A stretch of 64,000 nucleotides of DNA from Chrysemys picta bellii (Eukaryota), in contig NC_088796.1 in NCBI RefSeq assembly GCF_011386835.1, forward strand, positions 82,832,001-82,896,000, written 5' to 3'. The translations under genes were made by a program, and so were the position numbers. The notes beneath the pieces were generated by a model. The model did no database searches. It was not told the DNA's origin and saw only the letters and a list, made by a program, of their open reading frames with translations. Positions within the stretch are counted from its first letter, which is position 1; each line of letters begins with the position of its first letter. Positions 24,514-36,244 of the stretch are shown here, in pieces.

Positions 24514-27500
24514 CATCCTGTAAGTATAGCCTACATGCTTTGTTCCTAGCTGTACAGATTTACATTTAGCCATATTAAAACACGTATTGTTTGTTTGTGC
24601 TCAGTTTACCTTGCGGTCCAGCATGCTCTGAATCAGTGACCTGTCCTCTTCATTATTTATCAATCCCCCAATTTTTGTGTCATCCGCAAAATTTATCAGT
24701 GATGATTTTATGTTTTCTTCCAGGTAATTGATACAAATATTAAATGGCTTTGGGCCAAGAACTGATCCCTGTGGTATTGCATGGCAACACAGCCGCTCGA
24801 TTGTGATTCCCCATTTACATTTTGAGGCTTATCAGTTAGCCAGTTTTTAGTCCATTTAATATGTATTTTGCTCTATTTTTTAATTAAAATGGCATGCAGT
24901 ATCAAGTCAAATGGCTTACAGATGTCTAAGTCTATTACAGCAACACCTCTGTCAACTAAACTTATAATTTCATCAAAAAAGATATCATTAGTTTGACAGA
25001 ATTCTATTTTTCATAAACCCATATTGATTTGCATTCTTACATTACACTCCTTTACTTCTTTATTAATCCAATCATATATCAGCAAGTCCACTATCTTGCC
25101 CAGGATTGACAGCGGGCTTGACAGGCCTATAATGACCCAAGTCATCACATTTATCCTTTTTTAAAAATGGCATAACATTAGCTTTCTTCCATTCTTATTG
25201 AACACCCCCAGTGTTCCAAGACTTATTGCAAATTGACATTAATGAGCTCCTCAAACAGATCTTTTAAAACTCTTGGTGCAAATTATCTAGACATGCTGAT
25301 TTAAAATGTCTAACTTTAGTAGCGTCTGCTTAACATTCTCCAGAGATACTAATGGAATGGAAAATCTGTAATCATCACCATATGGTGAGACTGTATCATC
25401 CGTTTTTTCCCCCAAATACAGAACAGAAATGTTTATTAAGCATTTCTGCCTTTTCTGCATTATTATTGATAATTTTACCATTTCCAATTAGTAATGGACC
25501 AATACCACTGTCAGGATTCTTTTTATCCTAATATATTTTTAAAATTACTTCTTATTGTCCTTAAATCTGCAGGCCATAGAAATCTCCTTGTGTCCCTTTG
25601 CTTCCCTTATCAATTTTCTACAATTCCTAACTTTTGATTTCTATCAAATTTCCCTTTATATGCTTTATTGATTTGTTTATTTTAGCTGTCTTTACTTCCC
25701 CTCTAAACCAGTTTAGTTTTTTTAACCACTATGGTCATTTCCCTCAATTGTGGGATGGTAGCTTTTTCAGCCTTGAGTAAGATGTTCTTAAATTATTCCC
25801 ATTTATAATTCCTCTCAGCTGATATGGCTCATAATTGTTTGCAGCTTTGTGAAACTGGCCCTATTAAAAACATATATATATATATATTCTGGGCTTTATT
25901 CTGATTGCACTTTATAAATGTGATTGAGTTGTCACATTGTAAATGTTATCTTGTTGCCTAATGCACTACTGGAAGGTGCTCAGATACTGAAGTATGGAGC
26001 ATAATATAAGAAGCTAAATAGACTAGAACAAAAATAGACTGTTATGTTATGATGTGATTTGGCTTGCCCTGTGTACTAAGTTCCATTTGGTAATTCTGTT
26101 AGTGAGTTGTGTATCAGCTAGGCAGCCCATTCATCTGGTTTTAAATGGGACAAGTCCTGCTTTTCTAAGATATGCCCCCCATCTGATACTGAGACAAAAC
26201 CAGATGTGATTTTTGTATGGTATCAGATGGAGGACACCATTTTGAAGAGTGCGCCGCCCTGCCTCAGCTGGCATGACCATGCATGTGAGGTCATGCTGTT
26301 AGGGGTGGGGTGCTGTGCGCTTCAAAATGGCATCCCCCAGGATTTGACCTCGCATCATCATGCTGGAGAGGACAGGACAGGGTGCTCTTCATAGTGACTT
26401 CTTCCTGTGGCGTGATCTTGCATACATTGTGCATACAAGGTCACACTGGCAGGGGCAGGGTCACGCAAATGGGGGTGCATGCACACTTTCCCTAGAAGAA
26501 CTGGAATGTCTGGTATTCTGGGGATGCATGAGTAGCCACTCTAGTGTCAATCCTGTTGGGTGAAGACACATGATTTGAAGGCACAATAGAGGTACCAATG
26601 TTCCAAAATGTGTCCCCCAGGGTTTGCTCTCTCTGGTTATTCAAGGAAACCTGGGGCTCTCGTCCAAAACAATTTATAGAGCTTTTGAACTTTATACAAA
26701 TTACATTTAAAAACTCAATTCATGCCCTGCCAGTACAGCTGTGGTTTTGTAACCAGTTAATGACACTCATCTGACTCCATTGCAACATGATTAAGTTGTG
26801 TCCAAACAGAAGCTTTTTGCAAAACACACCCATGTGTCGGTCATGTTTACATATCTGCACTTACCACACTGCCTAATCATGTTTATGTAAGTGTGTTCGG
26901 GGGTAATCTGGACGGCAATCCCACAGGGTTTCAGCAGATGAGATAGGGTGAAGAAAACAAACACAGCAACTAGCAGGTGGGGCAAAACATACTGGGATGT
27001 TCTACTGCACGGAGAGATCAGAGGAAGGAGGACTGGCCAAATTAGCTATACAGACAGAAGTAAGGGATCCCAAACGTTAGATCTGATTTAGACAGGCTGT
27101 GAAACTTGTTGTTGCAGGGTGTCACAGGTGGAAAAGGTCTCTGGATCCCCTCTTCTTGCTTTCTGGCTTCTCCCATCTGTCCTGCATTGGGGACACTGAA
27201 TGCTGCTTTGGAGGGAGGCCCCAGTTAAACTAGTGCCAAATGTGCTTGAGCTGGCCTTGCCTTGTGCTTGACTGGTTAAAGGAAGATACCCATGTGCAAG
27301 CCTATGCACGTGGCTGGTGGCCACAATTACTAACCTGCTATTAACTGTGTTGTTTGTTGACATAAACTGTGTGTAGAGCCAACCACGTCATGAGCTGGTT
27401 ATAAAACCAGTTTAAAGTTGTAGTGCATGCAGGGCTTTAAACTGTGCTTCACTTGTCATTTTAAGTGCCTGTTTTTCCAATTCCTTGAGTGAGCTGTGTA

Positions 27501-27556
27501 AAAGTCCAGATGTGTATAGCGAGGTAGATCTATCAAATTGTAACTGTTATGTCAGA

Positions 27557-27719
27557 AGCAACAGAGAGTCCTGTGGCATCTTTAAGACGGATGCATCCGA
27601 CGAAGTGGACATTCACCCATGAAAGCTTATGCTCCAATACATCTGTTAGTCATAAAGGTGCCACAGGACCCTCTGTTGCTTTTTAAAGATCCAGACTAAC
27701 ATGGCTACCCCTCTGATGC
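27557..27719. mobile_element. Penelope-like fold-back insertion (copy C) with hammerhead motif at 27593-27632 (+)
   Basis: 9-bp TSD TATGTCAGA at 27548-27556 and 27720-27728, with a ~32-bp inverted arm. The motif is GCAU CCGACGA A GUGGAC-AUUC-ACCCAU GAAA GCUU AUGC, with helix II partly mismatched. Confidence 0.72.
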
Positions 27720-28213
27720 TATGTCAGAGTCTACTAATGACAAAGAGCAAATTATCAGAAAGACTCGTTAATTTACAGTAAGAGGGTTTACTCTGTTTGA
27801 AGGCTTAGGGCTCCTAATTACATAGCAACTGCCCAGGCCTAAACTTACAATGCCTAGAACAGCTGATTTCCCCCTTCCAGTAGCCCGTCTGGCTACCTTT
27901 GTGGCATCTGACCTATTTTTCAGCACTTTCCCCAAATATAGCTCAAACACCTCCCACGCTCCAACTTATTAAGCCCTTTTTAACCCTTTGGAAATTGTGG
28001 AGACATAAGCTGTGTATATCTCACCAAGCATTTGTTTGGCTGAGAGTCTGGAAAATGCCAGAATTCTGATGGTGAAGTCTATAAACTATATACAAGGTAT
28101 GTCCTAACAGTCTGTTCTCGGAGCTGATTTGCACACTGGGTCACAAAATAACTTATCCCAGCAGTGCCATCTATTGGGGAGCTTATTGCAATTACCGGCC
28201 TCCTTAATATTAA

Positions 28214-28342
28214 GTTTCAGAGTAGTAGCCGTGTTAGTCTGTATCCGCAAAAAGAAGAACAGGAGTACTTGTGGCACCTTAGAGACTAACAAATTTATTA
28301 GAGCATAAGCTTTCGTGGACTACAGCCCACTTCTTCGGATGC
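28214..28342 (-). mobile_element. Penelope-like element pLTR fragment (copy D) with hammerhead motif at 28303-28342 (-)
   Basis: Begins gtttcagagtagtagccgtgttagtctgtatccgc. The last 94 bp are identical to copy A, including the CCGAAGA-core hammerhead. Confidence 0.72.
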
Positions 28343-30825
28343 TATTGGTTTGTGTCTGGCCATCATCCCTCAGTCATTAATCTTTAGCAAAATTAATAAT
28401 ATCCACAATAAAGCATCATGTAATTTAAATTCTTTGTACAAGCGGAGCTGATGACAGTGGGAGCTCATGTACAAAATGCCCCACCTTCTTGTGAGGGGAA
28501 AGCTCATCAAAGCTGTTCATTGAGGCACTGCCCTTCATGACTCATTGTCTAGTCCTTTTTTGTGAAAGGTTATTTGATTATTGCAAGTGAACTGTGTACA
28601 ATACCGGTGTGTACTGTGTATTCTGTTGATATGAAAAGCACATTTTCATAATATTTGTCTCCATAGTTGCAGTAAAATATACATTGTGCCTTTCAATACA
28701 TTATATTTGTCTCTCTTCTTTTTACTGCTATGTAGCAGGTGCTTTATAGCACTCTCTATATTTAAGGTCATAAAACAATTTCCATTATTGGAAGGTCTGC
28801 TGTCACACACTTTTAACTTTCCAAGACAGTCACAGTTCTGCTAAAAATTTCTTTGCTGTGTCTCTGCCTAATGCTAATTGTTTTTACTTTTTTAAAGAGG
28901 TTGGAGAAAAAACCTTTCAGCCATTTTAGCATTTGACAAGAGAGAGAAAAAAACCAAACCTCCAACATTCCCCATTTAAAAATATTTAGACCCCACTTTT
29001 TAGACTGCAAAAACCTCTGAAGTTTGAAACTTGGTTTGGGCATAGGCCACCGTTTCTCCGAGAACCACTGCCATCGTTTGGTTTGAAAAATAATTGACTA
29101 TTTTAAAACAGTATAGTGAACATCTGCAGTAGAACATTTTCTTAAGTCTCTGGGTTTACATCTAAACATAGATGCAGAGTGCACGCAGGCATAACTAGTC
29201 AAATACGCAGCCAATTAAATGTTTACTTGGTTCAAAGAACTTACAAGCTCCACTGATGCAGCTGGTGAAGAATTTTAAGATGAACAAGGGGAATAACTAT
29301 TGAGAAAGGAATAAATGCTTAATAGATGCAGAGCCAGTGGCGATCTGCACGGTGACAAAGTTACATGAAGTGATGTGACCTCAGATCACTTATGGGACAG
29401 TTTTCTGAAGGCAGGATGCCTTCTATGCTTAGCTGTGCTCAGTTTCTTAAAATCCTTTCTCAATATGAACACCTATTAGTAACTACGGATCTGTTTCAAA
29501 CTTCCTTGTTTTGTGCAATATGTGTTATATTGAGAGTATAATAAATGAATAGTTCCAGGGACATCTTGACTTGAGCTTTAAACCCCTCACCCTCTTCAAT
29601 CAGATTTTAGACTATCTAATGGCATCCTATCATGCCTGGCTAATGTGATGGTGTCCTGCTTGTAAGGGTCAGTAAAGAACTTCCTTGCTGACTGTCAACT
29701 CTTTCAACAGTTTCTGACGTGATGAAGCTGTGGTCCTTGGTGGGGGTCTTAGTTCATGAGTAGCTGTACTCATTCCTGGAATAAGAGGGTTTTTGGAGTA
29801 GTTATGGGCAAATGCTTATCTAATCCCTATAGGATGCTGAATCCCATTTGTTTTCCTCATAGTTCAATATGCATACAAGCCCACAAAGGGGAGTCACCCA
29901 CAGGCATAGCTTGGGATAGCCTCAGTATATTGATGATGCACAACTCTCTACCTCCTTTTCAATTGTTCCATTGTGAGTAGTGCCATGGCGTTTACTTGCT
30001 ATCCTCTCTTTTTATCAGGGTGCGGTATTCCTGGGTAGGGAGAAGCATTCTGAGATTCATGATGTTGGTTGGGATATAACCATTATTTAGGAAATATGGC
30101 CATTGGTGGTGTGAAACTTTGGGTGTCAATTTTAATTGCTCCTTCAGCATCAGGGTTCATGTTGCAACTGTGGTCAAGACAGGATGGAGTCGAGGCAAAG
30201 AGAAGTGTGGAGGGTGGAACTGAGGGAGGGCAACAAAACCATTAAATGGAGTGATGGAAGGGGCTGGGTGAAATACCAGGTGCAATATTAAAAGAGATTT
30301 CAAAGCATTTTATGCATGGAAATGTTTAATGTTGTTCTACACAGTTTGCAAGCGCTAGCCGAATATTACTTTACGATATTATTATTATATGGCTAAATCC
30401 CGAAATCCTTACTCAGCTTTTACTCAAACAATAATAGTAAAATTCCTTCTGTTTAAGCTGACTTGAATAAGGGTCGATTGAAAGCTGAGTAGAGACTTCA
30501 GGATTTGGTCCACAGTGACAAAGTACTGGCGTTAATTTAATTTAAGGAGAATGATTTACATGTCTCAACTATCTGGAACCATCAACTAAAACTAATTCTC
30601 AGATTCCACAGAAGCTGCAATGGTGGGGGTGAGGAGGCAAAAATGATGTTGAATGAGTGCCACCAAGTGTTCTTTTGTTGTATTTGAGAGCCAAATAACT
30701 CCTCAAAAACCTCCTCTCGTGGCTTGGGGTCAAAAACACTGTAAGTGGAGGAAATTAATAGTTGATCACAAAGATCTGTAATTTTGAAAGGGACATCACA
30801 GAGAAAGTAAAGTGTGAGAGTGACA

Positions 30826-31060
30826 AAGAGTCCTGTGGCACCTTCTAGACTAACAGACGTATTGGAGCATAAGCTTTCATGGGTGAATACCCACTTCGTG
30901 AGACGCATGTGGTGGAAATTTCCAGAGGCAGGTATAAATATTCAGGCAAGAATCAGTCTAGAGATAACAAAAGGTTAGTTCAATCAGGGAGAATGAGGCC
31001 CTCTTCTAGCAGTTGAGGTGTGAACACCAAGGGAGGAGAAACTGCTTTTGTAGTTGGAGA
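30826..31060 (-). mobile_element. Penelope-like fragment (copy E) with mutated hammerhead at 30867-30906 (-)
   Basis: 12-bp TSD GTGAGAGTGACA at 30814-30825 and 31061-31072. The minus strand reads GCGU CUCACGA A GUGGGU-AUUC-ACCCAU GAAA GCUU AUGC, with the core G5 changed to C. Confidence 0.72.
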
Positions 31061-31550
31061 GTGAGAGTGACAGACTTGTAATTAATGTCCTACTACAAGT
31101 CAATATCAATCTCTGGAGATCTTCCAGTTGTGAAATATCTGCTGTCCTCTCTGTAGGTGCAAATACACATGTAACTATGGCCAGCAATCTGTTTTCCAAA
31201 CAAGATGGTGTTTCCTTTGACTGATTGGCACAGCATCTGTTTATAGTGTGACATGTATTACTGTGTTACATCATGTCATGTGATGGGATGATGTAACCTG
31301 ATATTATCCCAGCACAAGGTGGGTGAAGAAGTATCTTTTACTGGTCCAAAAACACAGCAGATGTGTATGACAAGGCATCCTACCAGGTCAAATAAATGAC
31401 ATTTTTGGATGCACTTCACCAATTCGTTTTGGCCTTGCTTCTGCTTCTAGTCAACTCAGTGAGAGTTTCATCAGGGACTTTAGTGGGAGTAGGACTGGAT
31501 GTTTAGTGGTAGTAGGACTAGTATATGGAAGCAGACACAATATAATGATT

Positions 31551-31714
31551 AAAACAACAAGGAGTCCTTGTGGCGCCTTCGAGACTAATCAATTTATTTG
31601 GGCATAAGCTTTCATGGGCTATAATCCACGATGCATGGAGTGAAAAATATAGTAAGCAGGTATAAATATACAGCACATGAAAAGATGGTACAGACTAACA
31701 CGGCTACCCCTCTG
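31551..31714. mobile_element. Penelope-like rearranged fragment (copy F), hammerhead core deleted
   Basis: Same family sequence (ggagtccttgtggcgccttcgagactaatc...gcataagctttcatgggctataatccac), joined to an inverted cagactaacacggctacccctctg end. Possible 6-bp TSD ATGATT at 31545-31550 and 31715-31720. Confidence 0.62.
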
Positions 31715-32251
31715 ATGATTGTTTTCAGCTATGCTACCTAGGACAGGTTTTTCATGTTTGCTTCTCCCCAAGCCACACACAGATATGTGTGTTTTCTATT
31801 AAGGCAAAGTACAGAAGTGCTATTATAAGTAGGAAGATTTTACATTAATATATCCCTAATCTTTACCATTCACTGAAAATCAGATGATGCTAAGAACTGA
31901 ATCCTCAGGTGCTCTAAAACTCCACTGGGACTTTTCTGTCCCCAACCTTGGGGGCAGCCTCTAGCACCCACAGGGCTGCTTTAAGTTACTCTGATTTGTA
32001 ACAGCCCCTTAGGAGCCATTTCAGCCATTCAGGACTGCCGAAGTATAGTGCAGTACAGCCACACAAACCCATGTCTGCCTGCCCCAACATCCACGCTACA
32101 CAGAGGTGGCTGGAGAGTGGGGGCATAAAGCAAGCTTTACTTGGGTGATTCTCCTATGGCAGAGGGATCCCAGGTGTCCCTTTAAGTCCTCCTTGTACCA
32201 CTGGAACAGCAAAACCAAAAGATTTGTTTGACAAGTTTTTTTGTGGGAGGT

Positions 32252-32325
32252 TTTATGGCCTGTGTGACAAGGGAGGTCTGACTAGAGGATCCCAAATGGT
32301 CCCTTTTGGCCTTGGAATCTATGAA
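32252..32325 (+). mobile_element. Short CR1 3'-end fragment
   Basis: Reads ggcctgtgtgacaagggaggtctgactagaggatcccaaatggtcccttttggccttggaatctatgaa. Confidence 0.6.
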
Positions 32326-33403
32326 AACTTGGAGTTAGACTGGGATGAGGACCTAAAAAACTACTTTTGAGCATGCTGAGTGATGCAACTACTCAGAGGG
32401 GGTGTAAATGTGTTAGTTAACAAAGTGTGTTGAAAGACGTATGCAGAATTTTGACATTTCTAGTGGAATATGGTTATATCTAGATGAACTAATCAGCTGG
32501 TAAATGGCACTCCCGCTTAATGGGGAGAAGTGCCAGGGAACAGAGTGAGTGCAATGCATTTCAATGAGTATACAAACAATGAAATGCACACTTGGTCTGT
32601 TTAATGAGCAGCCTATTGTCTATCTTAAAGCCTTTTTACAGGAGGTAATGGGTGAATGGACCTTTACTAGCATAAATTTCCTGTGGAGAGTCCTTTGTTC
32701 AGTTCAGACTGGTTTCCTGCCCTGCTATAAATTCACTAGATGAGTCAGGTTTACTAATATTTAGTGTTTTGTAAAATGCTTATTTTTAAAACACTGTGCA
32801 ACTCATCTTTAAATTTAGGCGAGAGCTGGAGACCAGAGGGGTGTTCATGGTAGGAGGTATGAACTATTGTAGTGTTCCAGAACTATGTGAAAAGGACATG
32901 TTTCATATTTGTGATACAGTGTCATATGTTTTCTTTGTGTGTGAACTGTAGCATTTGAAAGGGGCCAGTTTCTTGATATAATTCATGCAACGTATAAAAC
33001 ACATTATTTACAAATATGCAACACATAGTTTAATTGATGTGTGGAACTGATCAGTAGGTATCTGAAAACAATTGTATCAACATTCATGAGTGATTAGATG
33101 CGGCAGCATGTTAACTTTGTGCACGACAGGTGAGAGGAGTCCCTGTAGATTCAGAGAAGTAACTAAACTTTGAGATTCTTTTGCCAAAGTAAACCTTCAA
33201 AACTTCTGAGATTTGCCCATCACCATCATTAATCTGTAGCAAAACTACAGCCAATAAGTAGCTGTCAATATCATCCAGTATTCTGTACTTCGGATGCATT
33301 TGTCTTGCAGACACAATCCATAAATTTTTCAACAAATTTTGTGTCGTCTTCTACAATTTATCATTTTAATGAAGTCACAATTTTTAATATATTTAAGAAT
33401 ATA

Positions 33404-33627
33404 TCATAGAATCATAGAATATCAGGGTTGGAAGGGACCTCAGGAGGCCATCTAGTCCAACCCCCTGCTCAAAGCAGGACCAATTCCCAACTAAATCATC
33501 CCAGCCAGGCTTTGTCAAGCCTGACCTTAAAAACCTCTAAGGAAGGAGATTCCACCACCTCCCTAGGTAACCCATTCCAGTGCTTCACCACCCTCCTAGT
33601 GAAAAAGTTTTTCCTAATATCCAACCT
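33404..33627 (-). mobile_element. CR1 LINE 3' end (PsCR1-like, little diverged)
   Basis: Has (attctatg)n terminal repeats on the minus strand. It encodes [38 protein letters not shown], the CR1 ORF2 C-terminus. Confidence 0.92.
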
Positions 33628-34321
33628 AATATCTAAGGCTGTGAAAACCTGACATGTTCCCATTGTTTCTATCCATAAAGATGGAAGATAATGAATAGCT
33701 GTATCTGAAGAGCTCATGAGTACAGCTTTGGAAGCACTCACCGGGGAGCTGAAGAAAAGGGTATGGCCTTCTGAAGAAGGTTGCTAAGAAACAGATTTCA
33801 AATGCTTCCTGATTCTATGAAGAGGCGACACACCCAGAAGGAAATGATCAGGTAAGACATTTTCTATTACCAGATGAAACAATAGTAGTATTATTGAATA
33901 AGGAGGTATAAATAATCAGGATTAAATACTGTTAATAATAAATAAAAATAAGAATTTATAAACAGTGATATAACCGGACAGCTCTGGAGGAGACAGGGCT
34001 CTGAACTTTCAACAAATCTTCCACTGTAATAGATTCAGCAGAGAATCACTTAAACAAGCTGCACAGTTGATTGGACATGTTCTATTGATGAACATCAGGT
34101 GGAAAACCCACATTAACTGTCCACTTTGAGGCAAGAAGAATTCATGCTGTTATGACAACTGATGTGTGATATATGCAGATATGAACCACAGGACAGGACA
34201 GAGCTAAGTCAATCCCTGTTGTTCGTAGCAAATGATATCCTCAGCGTCCAACTGAAGTAGTTTAAATTGGTGGTAAAAAGCTACTTCAACGTTTTTTAGC
34301 TAATCCCAAATATGTATTTCT

Positions 34322-34514
34322 TAAATAAATGGAGATATCCTATCTCCTAGAACTGGAAGGGACCTTGAAAGGTCATTGAGTCCAGCCCCCTGCCTTCACT
34401 AGCAGGATCAAGTACTGATTTTGCCCCAGATCCCTAAATGGCCCCCTGAAGGATTGAACTCACAACCCTGGGTTTAGTAGGCCAATGCTCAAACCACTGA
34501 GCTATCCCTCCCCC
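34322..34514 (-). mobile_element. Tortoise Pol III/SINE (tRNA-derived head, CR1-derived tail)
   Basis: The minus strand begins ggggagggatagctcagtggtttgagcattggcctactaaacccagggttgtgagttcaatcc, containing A and B boxes. It ends in the CR1-like tail gacctttcaaggtcccttccagttct. Confidence 0.9.
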
Positions 34515-35028
34515 ATGAATTAATACATTCAATTTCAGATGATTTATTTGTTTCCATTATCCTTTCCAAAATTGTACTGAGTTGTATTCCTAAATATGGC
34601 AATCAGTTGCTGAGTGTGACTTTACCTTGTTTCTTAATAATCTAATTAAGTAGGTTTCAGCAATTCATATAATTTATCAAAGACTGTTTTATTCTTAGGG
34701 TATAAAAGTTCAGAAATGCTACAAGCCAGTTCTTTAATGTTTGATTCCCAAATATTTCTTTTTATGAAAACTTGGCCAGTCTATTTATCATCTCTGGATC
34801 CAGGGAACTTAACCTGCCAACAATTAAATGAACTGGAATAAAGATAATCAGGCATGATTTAGCATAGTAGAACATTTCTCAGAATAAGTGGCCTATATGG
34901 TTTTAATTCAATGTGCCTCAGTCTGGTTCTGCATGGACTACATTTAGAGAGAAGAGCACAGTTAAGTTTCTGAGAAGATTTAATCCTTGGCTTCCTTGAC
35001 TTCATTCTCTCTTGGATCTTCTTCTACC

Positions 35029-35878
35029 CAGTGGCGTAGCCAGGATGGGATATTTGGTTGGGCCTCGACTTTGGATAGGTGAACAGTTATGGGAAGGCAG
35101 GAAGGATAGAGGGCTGGCATCCCCCTACCCCCTGCAGCCGGCCTTGTGGGGGCGATGGATAGACCCTCTTGCCAGGGACTCCTTGGAGCCCCAGGCATGC
35201 ATCCAGCTCTGGGAGGACATGCTGCTCTCCAGCACACCTGGCTCCTAGCTCCCTTCCAGAGCCCACTGCCCTGCCCCACGCTGGGCCTGGCTCCCCCAGG
35301 CAGCGGGCCTACCTTTTTTTAAGATCTCCTCTACCACCGCTATCCGTCCACTCACTCGCCCTCCTCCCAGTGGCTAATCCGCCACTGGGCCAACCCGAGG
35401 CCCCAGAAAAAATTGGCACTCCCGCACCCTCACTTGCTCTGCCCGCCTGGTGCTCCTGCCAGGAAGCAGGGTGGGAGTATGGGGGCTTGCTCCACTCCGC
35501 CCACCCCACCGGCACTCCAGCCTGGAAATGGGGTCAGGGTGTGGGATCTTGCCTTGCTCCACCTGCCCACTTGGTGGTCCAGCAAGGGTGTGGGGTTGGG
35601 ATGTGGGGGCTTGCCCCACTCAGCCCGCCCAGTCCCGGCAGGAGCACCAGGTGGGTGGAGTGGAGCAAGCTCCCATGCCCCGCTTCCCAGTTGAAGTGCT
35701 GGGCATGCAGAGTGGGACAAGCCTCCATGCCCCAACCCCACTGTCCAGAAAGAGTGTGGGCAGGTGGGCGGAGTGGGGCAAGCGCTGGGGCCAGAGCAGA
35801 GCTGGGACTGGGGTGCTGGGCATGGATGCTAAGTGGGTGGGCCACAGCCCTCAATGCCCTCCTGTGGCTATGCCCCTG
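35029..35878. mobile_element. GC-rich non-autonomous hAT element
   Basis: TIRs CAGTGGCGTAGCCA / TGGCTATGCCCCTG and a perfect 8-bp TSD CTTCTACC (35021-35028, 35879-35886). It accounts for all ORFs called at 34980-36066. Confidence 0.85.
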
Positions 35879-36139
35879 CTTCTACCTCTCAGACTGTTTC
35901 TTCTCCTCACTTTTTCTCCTGGGCAATTCCACAGGGTGCCATCCTTAACTCCTCTTCTCCTTCCTTTGTACCCTGTCTGATCTCATCCATGTATGTAGCT
36001 TCAACTACCATCCTTCATCTCAAAGCTCTCCTCAGAATCCACACCTGTCTTGCTTCAGAGGGGTAGCCATGTTAGTCTGAATCTGTAAAAAGCAACAGAG
36101 GGTCCTGTGGCACCTTTAAGACTAACAGAAGTATTGGGA

Positions 36140-36180
36140 GCATAAGCTTTCGTGGGTAAGAACCTCACTTCTTCAGATGC
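36140..36180 (-). ncRNA. Minimal type I hammerhead ribozyme motif with canonical core (copy G, left arm)
   Basis: The minus strand reads GCAU CUGAAGA A GUGAGGU-UCUU-ACCCAC GAAA GCUU AUGC. Helix II forms with a bulged A. Confidence 0.75.
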
Positions 36181-36244
36181 AAGTAATGGAAATTTTTCAA
36201 TAAAGATTTCAATAAAGATTATTTAAATAAAATTTCCATTACTT

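Larger units (their letters stand above)
23596..25910 (-). mobile_element. 5'-truncated, decayed CR1 LINE (ORF2), interrupted by Penelope-like copy B
   Basis: The 3' end is gattcatagattcc at the left. The minus-strand ORF reads WCPQLKKDADKLERVQRRATRMIKRL..LQELNLFSLTKRRLRSGLITVYKYL, and RT-like decayed sequence continues to ~25.9 kb (right boundary approximate). Confidence 0.85.

Noticed and set aside
30582-30908. 108-aa minus-strand ORF
   Set aside because: Its N-terminus comes from Penelope-like copy E, and the remainder is unrecognised.
33111-33335. Minus-strand ORF with an EF-hand-like INDGDGQISE
   Set aside because: It is a single partial loop with no flanking helical consensus or partner EF-hand, and the splice signals are ambiguous.
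33681-33851. Plus-strand exon with strong donor atcag|gtaaga
   Set aside because: All three frames contain stops near the acceptor, so it is at most non-coding and there is no supporting evidence.
34440-34514. tRNA gene
   Set aside because: It is the tRNA-derived head of the tortoise SINE. It continues into a CR1-like tail and lacks a proper acceptor stem and terminator.
35169-35980. 259-aa and 176-aa ORFs as genes
   Set aside because: They lie almost entirely within a TSD-flanked hAT element, where stop-poor GC-rich repeats give ORFs in most frames.
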